Source: Ranitomeya imitator (lineage: Eukaryota). Taken from it: DNA of 64,000 nucleotides. Below the pieces are notes generated by a model. It saw nothing but the letters and a program-made list of their open reading frames with translations, made no database searches and was not told the DNA's origin. Both the position numbers and the translations under genes were made by a program. The stretch lies in contig NC_091288.1 of assembly GCF_032444005.1 (NCBI RefSeq), positions 8,556,001 to 8,620,000 of the forward strand. The letters are read 5' to 3'. Shown here piece after piece: positions 1 through 11,232 of the stretch; positions within the stretch are counted from its first letter, which is position 1, and the number at the start of each line of letters is the position of its first letter.

Positions 1-213
1 CTGTGCCGGCTCCTTATACCGCTGTGCCGGCTCCGTATACCGCTGTGCCGGCTCCTTATACCGCTGTGCCGGCTCCTTATACCGCTGTGCCGGCTCCTTA
101 TACCGCTGTGCCGGCTCCTTATACCGCTGTGCCGGCTCCGTATACCGCTGTGCCGGCTCCTTATACCGCTGTGCCGGCTCCTTATACCGCTGTGCCGGCT
201 CCTTATACCGCTG
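1..213. repeat. 21-bp tandem minisatellite (CCGCTGTGCCGGCTCCTTATA), about 10 copies, cut by the window edge
   Basis: Unit read directly; produces the PAPYTAV repeat ORF. Confidence 0.95.
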
Positions 214-612
214 TGCTCTTGGTGCTGGGCAGTGTCACGTGTTCTGGACATTTATATCTGTTGCACCAACTCATGGCGTAAATTTACATCGCAAACTGGA
301 GCATAAATGTGACGCAAATGTCCCCTCAGGTGAGCCACGCCCACTTCTGAGTAAACCCCACATACTGGATCTGCGGAAACGACCCAGGTGCGGTGCCGGT
401 TCTGGTGCCGGTTCTGGTGCCGGTTCTGGTGCCATTGTGCGTAGTGTCCGTCTCTGGCGTTCATGTGATGTATAAGGAGCCGGCGCTGCGACCTCAGCGA
501 CACTGAAGATTTATTCCAGCAATTACAGAACATTTTTAATTTTGTAAAAAAAAAAAAAAAAAATTCCGATGTTTTTGTCGCCATTTTCTGACTCCAGGAC
601 GTTCTCGTTTCG

Positions 613-3600
613 TAGATGTCGAGGGGCGAGTTCTTATTTTGGGCTGTGGACGGCGTGGGGCGAATTCTTATTTTGAGCTGTGGATGGCGCGGGGCGAGTT
701 CTTATTTTGGGCTGTGGACGGCGCGGGGCGAGTTCTTATTTTGGGCTGTGGATGGCGCGGGGCGAGTTCTTATTTTGGGCTGTGGATGGCGTGGGGCGAG
801 TTCTTATTTTGGGCTGTGGACGGTGTGGGGCGAGATCTTATTTTGGGCTGTGGATGGCGCGGGGCGAGATCTTATTTTGGGCTGTGGATAGCGTGGGGCG
901 AGTTCTTATTTTGGGCTGTGGATGGCGCGGGGCGAGTTCTTATTTTGGGCTGTGGATGGCGTGGGGCGAGTTCTTATTTTGGGCTGTGGACGGTGTGGGG
1001 CGAGTTCTTATTTTGGGCTGTGGATGGCGCGGGGCGAGATCTTATTTTGGGCTGTGGATAGCGTGGGGCGAGTTCTTATTTTGGGCTGTGGATGGCGCGG
1101 GGCGAGTTCTTATTTTGGGCTGTGGATAGCGTGGGGCGAGTTCTTATTTTGGGCTGTGGATGGTGTGGGGCGAGTTCTTATTTTGGGCTGTGGATGGCGC
1201 GGGGCGAATTCTTATTTTGGGCTGTGGATGGAGTGGGGCGAGTTCTTATTTTGGGCTGTGGATGGAGTGGGGCGAGTTCTTATTTTGGGCTGTGGATGGA
1301 GTGGGGCGAATTCTTATTTTTGGCTGTGGATGGCACAGGGAGAGTTCTTATTTTGGGCTGTGGATGAAGTGGGGCGAGTTCTTATTTTGAGCTGTGGATG
1401 GCGCGGGGCGAGTTCTTATTTTGGGCTGTGGACGGCGCGGGGCGAGTTCTTATTTTGGGCTGTGGATGGCGCGGGGCGAGTTCTTATTTTGGGCTGTGGA
1501 CGGTGTGGGGCGAGTTCTTATTTTGGGCTGTGGATGGTGTGGGGCGAGATCTTATTTTGGGCTGTGGATGGTGTGGGGCGAGATCTTATTTTGGGCTGTG
1601 GATAGCGTGGGGCGAGTTCTTATTTTGGGCTGTGGATGGCGTGGGGCGAGTTCTTATTTAGGGCTGTGGATGGCGCGGGGCGAGTTCTTATTTTGGGCTG
1701 TGGATGGCGCGGGGCGAGTTCTTATTTTGGGCTGTGGATGGAGTGGGGCGAATTCTTATTTTGGGCTGTGGATGGAGTGGGGCGAGTTCTTATTTTGGGC
1801 TGTGGACGGCGTGGGACGAGTTCTTATTTTGGGCTGTGGATGGAGTGGGGCGAATTCTTATTTTGGGCTGTGGATGGAGTGGGGCGAATTCTTATTTTGG
1901 GCTGTGGAAGGTGTGGGGCGAGTTCTTATATTGGGCTGTGGATGGAGTGGGGCGAATTCTTATTTTGGGCTGTGGACAGTGTGGGACAAGTTCTTATTTT
2001 GGGCTGTGGATGGAGTGGGGCGAGTTCTTATTTTGGGCTGTGGATGGCGCGGGGCGAATTCTTATTTTGGGCTGTGGATGGAGTGGGGTGAGTTCTTATT
2101 TTGGGCTGTAGATGTCGTGGGGCGAGTTCTTATTTTGGGCTGTGGACGGTGTGGGGCGAGTTCTTATTTTGGGCTGTGGACGGCGTGGGGCGAGTTCTTA
2201 TTTTGGGCTGTGGACGGCGTGGGGCGAGTTCTTATTTTGGGCTGTGGACGGCGTGGGGCGAGTTCTTATTTTGGGCTGTGGACGGTGTGGGGCGAGTTCT
2301 TATTTTGAGCTGTGGACGGCGTGGGGCGAGTCCTTATTTTGGGCTGTGGATGGAGTGGGGCAAATTCTTATTTTGGGCTGTGGACGGTGTGGGGCGAGTT
2401 CTTATTTTGGGCTGTGGATGGAGTGGGGCGAATTCTTTTTTTGGGCTGTGGACAGTGTAGGACGAGTTCTTATTTTGGGCTGTGGATGGAGTGGGGCGAA
2501 TTCTTATTTTGGGCTGTGGACAGTGTGGGACGAGTTCTTATTTTGGGCTGTGGACGGCGTGGGGCGAGTTCTTATTTTGGGCTGTGGACGGCGTGGGGCG
2601 AGTTCTTATTTGGGGCTGTGGACGGTGCGGGGCGAGTTCTTATTTTGGGCTGTGGAAGTGTGGGGTGAGTTCTTATTTTGGGCTGTGGATGGAGTGGGGC
2701 GAATTCTTATTTTTGGCTGTGGATGGCACAGGGAGAGTTCTTATTTTGGGCTGTGGATGAAGTGGGGCGAGTTCTTATTTTGAGCTGTGGATGGCGCGGG
2801 GCGAGTTCTTATTTTGGGCTGTGGACGGCGTGGGGCGAGTTCTTATTTTGGGCTGTGGATGGCGCGGGGCGAGTTCTTATTTTGGGCTGTGGACGGTGTG
2901 GGGCGAGTTCTTATTTTGGGCTGTGGATGGTGTGGGGCGAGATCTTATTTTGGGCTGTGGATGGTGTGGGGCGAGATCTTATTTTGGGCTGTGGATAGCG
3001 TGGGGCGAGTTCTTATTTTGGGCTGTGGATGGCGCGGGGCGAGTTCTTATTTTGGGCTGTGGATGGCGTGGGGCGAGTTCTTATTTAGGGCTGTGGATGG
3101 CGCGGGGCGAGTTCTTATTTTGGGCTGTGGATGGCGCGGGGCGAGTTCTTATTTTGGGCTGTGGATGGAGTGGGGCGAATTCTTATTTTGGGCTGTGGAT
3201 GGAGTGGGGCGAGTTCTTATTTTGGGCTGTGGACGGCGTGGGACAAGTTCTTATTTTGGGCTGTGGATGGAGTGGGGCGAATTCTTATTTTGGGCTGTGG
3301 ATGGAGTGGGGCGAATTCTTATTTTGGGCTGTGGAAGGTGTGGGGCGAGTTCTTATTTTGGGCTGTGGATGGAGTGGGGCGAATTCTTATTTTGGGCTGT
3401 GGACAGTGTGGGACAAGTTCTTATTTTGGGCTGTGGATGGAGTGGGGCGAGTTCTTATTTTGGGCTGTGGATGGCGCGGGGCGAATTCTTATTTTGGGCT
3501 GTGGATGGAGTGGGGTGAGTTCTTATTTTGGGCTGTAGATGTCGTGGAGCGAGTTCTTATTTTGGGCTGTGGACGGTGTGGGGCGAGTTCTTATTTTGGG

Positions 3601-4368
3601 CTGTGGACGGCGTGGGGCGAGTTCTTATTTTGGGCTGTGGACGGCGTGGGGCGAGTTCTTATTTTGGGCTGTGGACGGCGTGGGGCGAGTTCTTATTTTG
3701 GGCTGTGGACGGTGTGGGGCGAGTTCTTATTTTGAGCTGTGGACGGCGTGGGGCGAGTCCTTATTTTGGGCTGTGGATGGCGTGGGGCGAGTTCTGATTT
3801 AGGGCTGTGGATGGTGCGGGGAAAGTTCTTATTTTGGGCTGTGGATGGCGTGGGGTGAGTTCTTATTTTGGGCTGTAGATGTCGTGGGGCGAGTTCTTAT
3901 TTTGGGCTGTGGACGGCGTGGGACGAGTTCTTATTTTGGGCTGTGGACGGCGTGGGGCGAGTTCTTATTTTGGGCTGTGGACGGCGTGGGGCGAGTTCTT
4001 ATTTTGAGCTGTGGACGGCGCGGGGCGAGTTCTTATTTTGGGCTGTGGACGGCGTGGGGCGAGTTCTTATTTTGGGCTGTGGATGGAGTGGGGTGAATTC
4101 TTATTTTGGGCTGTGGACGGTGTGGGACGAGTTCTTATTTTGGGCTGTGGATGGAGTGGGGCAAATTCTTATTTTGGGCTGTGGACGGTGTGGGGCGAGT
4201 TCTTATTTTGGGCTGTGGATGGAGTGGGGCGAATTCTTATTTTGGGCTGTGGACAGTGTGGGACGAGTTCTTATTTTGGGCTGTGGATGGAGTGGGGCGA
4301 ATTCTTATTTTGGGCTGTGGACAGTGTGGGACGAGTTCTTATTTTGGGCTGTGGATGGAGTGGGGAGA
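613..4368. repeat. 34-bp satellite, left block (GGGCGAGTTCTTATTTTGGGCTGTGGA[T/C]GG[C/A/T]G[C/T]G), about 110 copies
   Basis: Unit read directly; ORFs in all three + frames repeat every 34 aa (3 x 34 bp). Confidence 0.97.
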
Positions 4369-5117
4369 TGTTGTGGATTCTGTTTTTGGGCTCCCTCTGG
4401 TGGTTACAGATGGTACTGGGTGACTTGTGTTCTCTGCGGTCTCTTGTGTCCACCTGTTCTATCAGGATATGGGAGTTTCCTATTTAACCTGGCTTTCTTG
4501 TCATTTCCTCGCCGGCGATCAATGTAATCAGTGTGTCTTGTTACCTCTGCTTTCCGCTTCTATAATCATCAGGACAAGCTAAGTTTTTGATTTTCCTGTT
4601 CCACGTTTTGCTTTATTTTTGTTTTAGTCCAGCTTGCAGTTATGTGATTCCTTGTTGCTGGTTGCTCTAGTGGGCTGATATTACTCCTCATGTTCCATGA
4701 GTTGGCACATGAGTTCAAGTAATTTCAGGATGGTTTTTTGTAGGGTTTTTCGCTGACCGCGCAGTTCACTTTTGTATCCTCTGCTATCTAGTTTTAGCGG
4801 GCCTCATTTTGCTGAATCTGTTTTCATTACTACGTATGTGCTTTCCTCTCATTTCACCGTCATTACATGTGGGGGGCTGCTATTTCTGTGGGGTGTTTCT
4901 CTGGAGGCAAGAGACGTCTTTGTTTCTTCTAATAGGGGAAGCTAGTCCTTCGGCTGGCGCGAGACGTCTAGAATCATCGTAGGCACGTTCCCCGGCTACT
5001 GCTAGTGTTGTGAATTAGGCTCAGGATCGCGGTCAGCTCAGTTTCCATCACCCTAGAGCTTGTTCTGTTTTTTTTGTGCTTGTCCTTTTGTGATCCCCTG
5101 CCATTGGGATCATGACA
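4369..5117 (+). repeat. 5' LTR
   Basis: TGTTGTGG...CATGACA; TATA-like TATTTAA at 4481-4487; matches 9359-10107. Confidence 0.97.
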
Positions 5118-5295
5118 GTATCGCCGGCCCGAAAAGTGGTAATCGTATTGGCTGAAGTAGGAGGAAAAGTATTCTGAGGAAGTTTTTTTTTTTTTTTTTT
5201 CCTTCCCTCAGAGTTTGCTGCCTAGCCTTAATTGCAGCCTGGCTGCGTCTTACCTCCTCTTAATCCCTGAATGGCTCTGACCTCAGCTGTTTATC

Positions 5296-8200
5296 ATGGA
5301 CGTCCAGAGTTTGGCTTCCAGCCTGAATAATCTTGCTGCTAAGGTTCAAAATATACAAGATTTTGTTGTACATGCTCCTATGTCTGAACCTAGAATTCCT
5401 ATCCCAGAGTTTTTTTCTGGAGATAGATCTAGTTTTCTGAATTTTAGGAACAATTGCAAGTTGTTTCTTTCTTTGAAATCTCGCTCCTCTGGAGACCCTG
5501 CTCAGCAAGTCAAGATTGTAATCTCTTTCCTGCGGGGTGACCCTCAGAATTGGGCATTTGCATTGGCACCAGGGGATCCTGCGTTGCTCAATGTGGATGC
5601 GTTTTTTCTGGCATTGGGTTTGCTCTATGAGGAACCTAACCTAGAGATTCAGGCTGAAAAAGCTTTATTGGCTCTCTCTCAGGGGCAAGATGAAGCAGAA
5701 ATATATTGTCAGAAATTTCGGAAATGGTCGGTGCTTACTCAGTGGAATGAGTGCGCCCTGGCTGCAAGATTCAGAGATGGCCTTTCTGAGGCCATTAAAG
5801 ATGTTATGGTGGGGTTCCCGGCGCCTACAGGTCTGAATGAGTCTATGACTATGGCTATTCAGATTGATCGGCGTTTACGGGAGCGCAAACCTGTGCACCA
5901 TTTGGCGGTGTCTTCTGAACAGGCACCTGAGACAATGCAATGTGATAGAATTCAGTCCAGAAGTGAACGGCAAAACTATAGGCGGAAAATTGGGTTGTGT
6001 TTTTATTGTGGTGATTCAGCTCATGTTATATCAGCATGCTCTAAACGCACAAAAAAGGTTGATAAGTCTGTTGCCATTAGTACTTTACAGTCTAAGTTCA
6101 TTCTGTCTGTGACTCTGATTTGCTCATTATCATCCATTTCCGTCGATGCCTATGTGGATTCAGGCGCTGCCCTGAGTCTTATGGATTGGACATTTGCCAA
6201 CCGCTGTGGGTTTAGTCTGGAGCCTCTGGAAGTCCCTATTCCTTTGAAAGGAATTGACTCTACACCTTTGGCTATGAATAAACCTCAGTACTGGACACAA
6301 GTGACCATGCGTATGACTCCCGTTCATCAGGAGGTGATTCGCTTCCTGGTGTTGTATAATTTACATGATGTTCTAGTACTTGGTCTGCCATGGTTACAAA
6401 CTCATAATCCAGTCCTTGACTGGAAAACAATGTCTGTGTTAAGCTGGGGATGTCAGGGGGTTCATGATGATGCACCTCCGATTTCTATCGCTTCATCTAC
6501 TCCTTCTGAGGTTCCTGTATTTTTGTCTCATTATCGGGATGTTTTTGAGGAGCCTAAGCTCAATTCGCTTCCTCCTCACAGGGATTGCGATTGTGCTATA
6601 GATTTGATTCCTGGCAGTAAATTTCCTAAAGGTCGTTTGTTCAATCTGTCAGTGCCAGAGCATATTGCTATGCGGGATTATGTTAAGGAGTCCTTGGAAA
6701 AGGGACATATCCGTCCATCTTCGTCTCCTTTGGGAGCAGGTTTTTTTTTCGTGGCCAAAAAAGATGGTTCCTTGAGGCCTTGTATAGATTACCGTCTTTT
6801 GAATAAGATTACGGTCAAATATCAGTATCCTTTGCCTTTGTTGACTGATTTGTTTGCTCGCATTAAAGGGGCTAAATGGTTCACTAAGATTGATCTTCGG
6901 GGTGCGTATAATCTTGTGCGGATTAAGCAGGGTGATGAGTGGAACACCGCATTTAATACGCCTGAGGGCCATTTTGAGTATTTGGTGATGCCTTTTGGAC
7001 TTTCTAATGCTCCTTCTGTCTTCCAGTCCTTTATGCACGATATTTTCCGTGAATATCTGGATAAATTTATGATTGTGTATTTGGATGATGTTTTGGTTTT
7101 TTCTGATGACTGGGAGTCCCATGTTCAGCAGGTCAGGAAGGTGTTTCAGGTCCTGCGGGCCAATTCTTTGTTTGTGAAAGGTTCAAAGTGTCTCTTTGGA
7201 GTCCAGAAGATTTCTTTTTTGGGGTATATTTTTTCCCCTTCTACTATTGAGATGGATCCCGTCAAGGTTCAAGCTATTTGTGACTGGACGCAGCCTACAT
7301 CTCTTAAGAGTCTACAGAAGTTATTGGGCTTTGCTAATTTTTATCGTCATTTCATAACTAATTTTTCTAGTGTTGTTAAGCCTTTGACGGATCTGACTAA
7401 GAAGGGTGCTGATGTTGCTGATTGGTCTCCTGCGGCTGTGGAGGCCTTTCAGGAACTTAAGCGCCGGTTTTCTTCTGCTCCTGTGTTGCGTCAGCCAGAT
7501 GTTTCGCTTCCTTTTCAGGTTGAGGTTGATGCTTCTGAGATTGGAGCGGGGGCGGTTTTGTCACAGAGAAGCTCCGATTGCTCGGTGATGAAGCCATGTG
7601 CGTTCTTTTCTAGAAAGTTTTCGCCCACTGAGCGGAATTATGATGTTGGTAATCGGGAGCTTTTGGCCATGAAGTGGGCATTTGAGGAGTGGCGTCATTG
7701 GCTTGAGGGTGCTAGACATCGTGTGGTGGTCTTGACTGATCACAAAAATCTTATTTACCTTGAGTCTGCCAAGCGTCTGAATCCTAGACAGGCTCGTTGG
7801 TCACTGTTTTTCTCCCGTTTCGATTTTGTGGTTTCATACCTGCCAGGTTCAAAGAATGTGAAGGCGGATGCTCTTTCTAGGAGTTTTGTGCCTGATTCCC
7901 CTGGAAATTCTGAGCCCACTGGTATCCTTAGGGATGGGGTGATTTTGTCGGCTGTCTTCCCAGACTTGCGACGTGCTTTGCAGGAGTTTCAGGTGGATAA
8001 ACCTGATCGTTGTCCGCCTGAGAGACTGTTTGTTCCGGATAATTGGACCAGTAGAGTCATCTCCGAGGTCCATTCTTCTGCGTTGGCAGGTCATCCTGGA
8101 ATATTTGGTACTAGAGACTTGGTGGCCAGGTCTTTTTGGTGGCCTTCCTTGTCGAGGGATGTGCGTTCTTTTGTGCAGTCTTGTGGAGTTTGCGCTCGGG

Positions 8201-8937
8201 CTAAGCCTTGCTGTTCTCGGGCCAGTGGATTGTTGTCACCTTTGCCTATCCCGAAGAGGCCTTGGACGCACATTTCCATGGACTTTATTTCGGATCTCCC
8301 TGTCTCTCAAAAAATGTCCGTCATCTGGGTTGTGTGTGACCGCTTTTCTAAGATGGTTCATCTGGTACCCTTGCCTAAGTTACCTTCCTCCTCTGAGTTG
8401 GTCCCTCTGTTTTTTCAGAACGTGGTTCGTTTGCATGGGATTCCGGAGAACATTGTTTCTGACAGGGGATCCCAGTTTGTGTCTAGATTTTGGCGGACGT
8501 TCTGTGCTAAGATGGGCATTGATTTGTCCTTTTCGTCTGCATTCCATCCTCAGACGAATGGCCAGACGGAACGAACTAATCAGACCTTGGAAACTTATTT
8601 AAGGTGTTTTGTTTCTGCTGATCAAGATGACTGGGTTACCTTTTTGCCGCTTGCCGAATTTGCCCTTAATAATCGGGCTAGTTCTGCTACCTTGGTTTCT
8701 CCTTTCTTTTGTAATTCTGGGTTTCATCCTCGTTTTTCCTCTGGTCAGGTGGAGCCTTCTGATTGTCCTGGAGTGGACATGGTGGTGGATAGGTTGCATC
8801 AGATTTGGAGTCATGTGGTGGACAATTTGAAGTTGTCCCAGGAGAGGGCTCAGCAGTTTGCTAATCGCCGTCGCCGCGTGGGTCCTCGACTTCGTGTTGG
8901 GGACTTGGTGTGGTTGTCTTCTCGTTTTGTTCCATGA
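5296..8937 (+). CDS. Gag-Pol polyprotein (Gag, CCHC knuckle, aspartic protease, RT, RNase H, integrase core), 1213 aa, ending early at a frameshift
   Basis: Motifs CFYCGDSAHVISAC, YVDSGA, RPCIDYR, YLDD, VDAS..NYDVGNRELLA..TDHKNL, GHPG..C..C, MDFI..SDRG..GQTER; order PR-RT-RH-IN is Ty3/Gypsy. Confidence 0.95.
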   Translation: MDVQSLASSLNNLAAKVQNIQDFVVHAPMSEPRIPIPEFFSGDRSSFLNFRNNCKLFLSLKSRSSGDPAQQVKIVISFLRGDPQNWAFALAPGDPALLNVDAFFLALGLLYEEPNLEIQAEKALLALSQGQDEAEIYCQKFRKWSVLTQWNECALAARFRDGLSEAIKDVMVGFPAPTGLNESMTMAIQIDRRLRERKPVHHLAVSSEQAPETMQCDRIQSRSERQNYRRKIGLCFYCGDSAHVISACSKRTKKVDKSVAISTLQSKFILSVTLICSLSSISVDAYVDSGAALSLMDWTFANRCGFSLEPLEVPIPLKGIDSTPLAMNKPQYWTQVTMRMTPVHQEVIRFLVLYNLHDVLVLGLPWLQTHNPVLDWKTMSVLSWGCQGVHDDAPPISIASSTPSEVPVFLSHYRDVFEEPKLNSLPPHRDCDCAIDLIPGSKFPKGRLFNLSVPEHIAMRDYVKESLEKGHIRPSSSPLGAGFFFVAKKDGSLRPCIDYRLLNKITVKYQYPLPLLTDLFARIKGAKWFTKIDLRGAYNLVRIKQGDEWNTAFNTPEGHFEYLVMPFGLSNAPSVFQSFMHDIFREYLDKFMIVYLDDVLVFSDDWESHVQQVRKVFQVLRANSLFVKGSKCLFGVQKISFLGYIFSPSTIEMDPVKVQAICDWTQPTSLKSLQKLLGFANFYRHFITNFSSVVKPLTDLTKKGADVADWSPAAVEAFQELKRRFSSAPVLRQPDVSLPFQVEVDASEIGAGAVLSQRSSDCSVMKPCAFFSRKFSPTERNYDVGNRELLAMKWAFEEWRHWLEGARHRVVVLTDHKNLIYLESAKRLNPRQARWSLFFSRFDFVVSYLPGSKNVKADALSRSFVPDSPGNSEPTGILRDGVILSAVFPDLRRALQEFQVDKPDRCPPERLFVPDNWTSRVISEVHSSALAGHPGIFGTRDLVARSFWWPSLSRDVRSFVQSCGVCARAKPCCSRASGLLSPLPIPKRPWTHISMDFISDLPVSQKMSVIWVVCDRFSKMVHLVPLPKLPSSSELVPLFFQNVVRLHGIPENIVSDRGSQFVSRFWRTFCAKMGIDLSFSSAFHPQTNGQTERTNQTLETYLRCFVSADQDDWVTFLPLAEFALNNRASSATLVSPFFCNSGFHPRFSSGQVEPSDCPGVDMVVDRLHQIWSHVVDNLKLSQERAQQFANRRRRVGPRLRVGDLVWLSSRFVP

Positions 8938-9413
8938 AGGTCTCTTCTCCTAAGTTCAAGCCTCGGTTCATCGGTCCCTATAGGATCTTGGAAATTCTTA
9001 ACCCTGTGTCGTTTCGTTTGGATCTCCCGGCATCGTTTGCTATTCATAATGTGTTCCATCGGTCGTTGTTGCGGAGGTATGAGGTACCTGTTGTTCCTTC
9101 GCTTGAGCCTCCTGCTCCGGTACTGGTGGAGGGAGAATTGGAGTATGTTGTGGAGAAGATCTTGGATTCTCGTGTTTACAGACGGAAACTTCAGTATTTG
9201 GTCAAGTGGAAGGGTTATGGTCAGGAGGATAATTCTTGGGTGGTTGCCTCTGATGTTCATGCTGCTGATTTGGTCCGTGCATTTCATAGGGCTCATCCTG
9301 GTCGCCCTGGTGGTTCTCGTGAGGGTTCGGTGACCCCTCCTCAAGGGGGGGGGGGTACTGTTGTGGATTCTGTTTTTGGGCTCCCTCTGGTGGTTACAGA
9401 TGGTACTGGGTGA
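8934..9413 (+). CDS. Out-of-frame integrase C-terminus: GPY/F module plus chromodomain
   Basis: PRFIGPYRIL..HNVFHRSLL, then EYVVEKILDSR..QYLVKWKGYGQEDNSW; continues the long ORF if one base is restored at GTTCC^ATG (about 8933). Confidence 0.9.
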   Translation: MKVSSPKFKPRFIGPYRILEILNPVSFRLDLPASFAIHNVFHRSLLRRYEVPVVPSLEPPAPVLVEGELEYVVEKILDSRVYRRKLQYLVKWKGYGQEDNSWVVASDVHAADLVRAFHRAHPGRPGGSREGSVTPPQGGGGTVVDSVFGLPLVVTDGTG

Positions 9414-10107
9414 CTTGTGTTCTCTACGGTCTCTTGTGTCCACCTGTTCTATCAGGATATGGGAGTTTCCTATTTAACCTGGCTTTCTTGTCATTTCCTC
9501 GCCGGCGATCAATGTAATCAGTGTGTCTTGTTACCTCTGCTTTCCGCTTCTATAATCATCAGGACAAGCTAAGTTTTTGATTTTCCTGTTCCACGTTTTG
9601 CTTTATCTTTGTTTTAGTCCAGCTTGCAGTTATGTGATTCCTTGTTGCTGGTTGCTCTAGTGGGCTGATATTACTCCTCATGTTCCATGAGTTGGCACAT
9701 GAGTTCAAGTAATTTCAGGATGGTTTTTTGTAGGGTTTTTCGCTGACCGCGCAGTTCACTTTTGTATCCTCTGCTATCTAGTTTTAGCGGGCCTCATTTT
9801 GCTGAATCTGTTTTCATTACTACGTATGTGCTTTCCTCTCATTTCACCGTCATTACATGTGGGGGGCTGCTATTTCTGTGGGGTGTTTCTCTGTAGGCAA
9901 GAGAGGTCTTTGTTTCTTCTAATAGGGGAAGCTAGTCCTTCGGCTGGCGCGAGACGTCTAGAATCATCGTAGGCACGTTCCCCGGCTACTGCTAGTGTTG
10001 TGAATTAGGTTCAGGATCGCGGTCAGCTCAGTTTCCATCACCCTAGAGCTTGTTCTGTTTTTTTTGTGCTTGTCCTTTTGTGATCCCCTGCTATTGGGAT
10101 CATGACA
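9359..10107 (+). repeat. 3' LTR
   Basis: 749 bp, preceded by the polypurine tract plus TAC. Confidence 0.97.
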
Positions 10108-11106
10108 GGGAGAGTTCTTATTTTGGGCTGTGGACGGCGTGGGGCGAGTTCTTATTTTGGGCTGTGGATGGAGTGGGGCGAATTCTTATTTTGGGCTGTG
10201 GACAGTGTGGGACGAGTTCTTATTTTGGGCTGTGGATGGAGTGGGGCGAATTCTTATTTTGGGCTGTGGACGGTGTGGCGCGAGTTCTTATTTTGGGCTG
10301 TGGATGGAGTGGGGCGAATTCTTATTTTGGGCTGTGGACAGTGTGGGACGAGTTCTTATTTTGGGCTGTGGATGGCGCGGGGAGAGTTCTTATTTTGGGC
10401 TGTGGACAGCGTGGGGCGAGTTCTTATTTTGGGCTGTGGACAGTGTGGGTCGAGTTCTTATTTTGGGCTGTGGATGGAGTGGGGCGAGTTCTTATTTTGG
10501 GCTGTGGATGGAGTGGGGCGAATTCTTATTTTGGGCTGTGCATGGCGCAGGGAGAGTTCTTATTTTGGGCTGTGGATGGCGTGGGGTGAGTTCTTATTTT
10601 GGGCTGTAGATGTCGTGGGGCGAGTTCTTCTTTTGGGCTGTGGACGATGTGGGGCGAGTTCTTATTTTGGGCTGTGGACGGTGTGGGGCGAGTTCTTAGT
10701 TTGGGCTGTGGACGGCGTTGGGCGAGTTCTTATTTTGAGCTGTGGACGGCGTGGGGCGAGTTCTTATTTTGGGCTGTGGACGGCGTGGGGCAAGTTCTTA
10801 TTTTGGGCTGTGGATGACGTGGGGTGAGTTCTTATTTTGGGCTGTGGACGGCGTGGGGCGAGTTCTTATTTGGGGCTGTGGACGGTGCGGGGCGAGTTCT
10901 TATTTTGGGCTGTGGAAGTGTGGGGTGAGTTCTTATTTTGGGCTGTGGATGGCGTGGGGTGAGTTCTTATTTTGGGCTGTGGACGGCGTGGGGCGAGTTC
11001 TTATTTGGGGCTGTGGACGGTGCGGGGCGAGTTCTTATTTTGGGCTGTGGAAGTGTGGGGTGAGTTCTTATTTTGGGCTGTGGACGGCGTGGGGTGAGTT
11101 CTTATT
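10108..11106. repeat. 34-bp satellite, right block, about 29 copies
   Basis: Same unit as 613-4368; resumes in register after the LTR element. Confidence 0.97.
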
Positions 11107-11232
11107 CATGCTGCAGCGCAGGGAGTCGCCACATGCATGACGAATATATATTTTTTAAATCAATAAGATATGCAGTATTTAAAATAAGGGGGCAAGTCAG
11201 TGAGGAATCAGTGACCTGTCATAAGCCATAAG

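Larger units (their letters stand above)
4369..10107 (+). mobile_element. Full-length Ty3/Gypsy LTR retrotransposon, chromovirus (Tf1/sushi-like)
   Basis: Two 749-bp LTRs (TG...CA) at 4369-5117 and 9359-10107, with 6 substitutions by manual alignment. Single gag-pol ORF, chromodomain, PPT AAG(G)n at 9343-9355, flanking duplication GGGAGA (4363-4368 / 10108-10113). Confidence 0.97.

Noticed and set aside
616-4527. Dozens of W/G/F-rich ORFs up to 314 aa
   Set aside because: Translation of the 34-bp satellite; the same peptide cycles through all three frames.
5118-5135. Conventional tRNA primer-binding site
   Set aside because: Lacks the TGG complementary to tRNA CCA; better explained by self-complementarity to 4511-4519.
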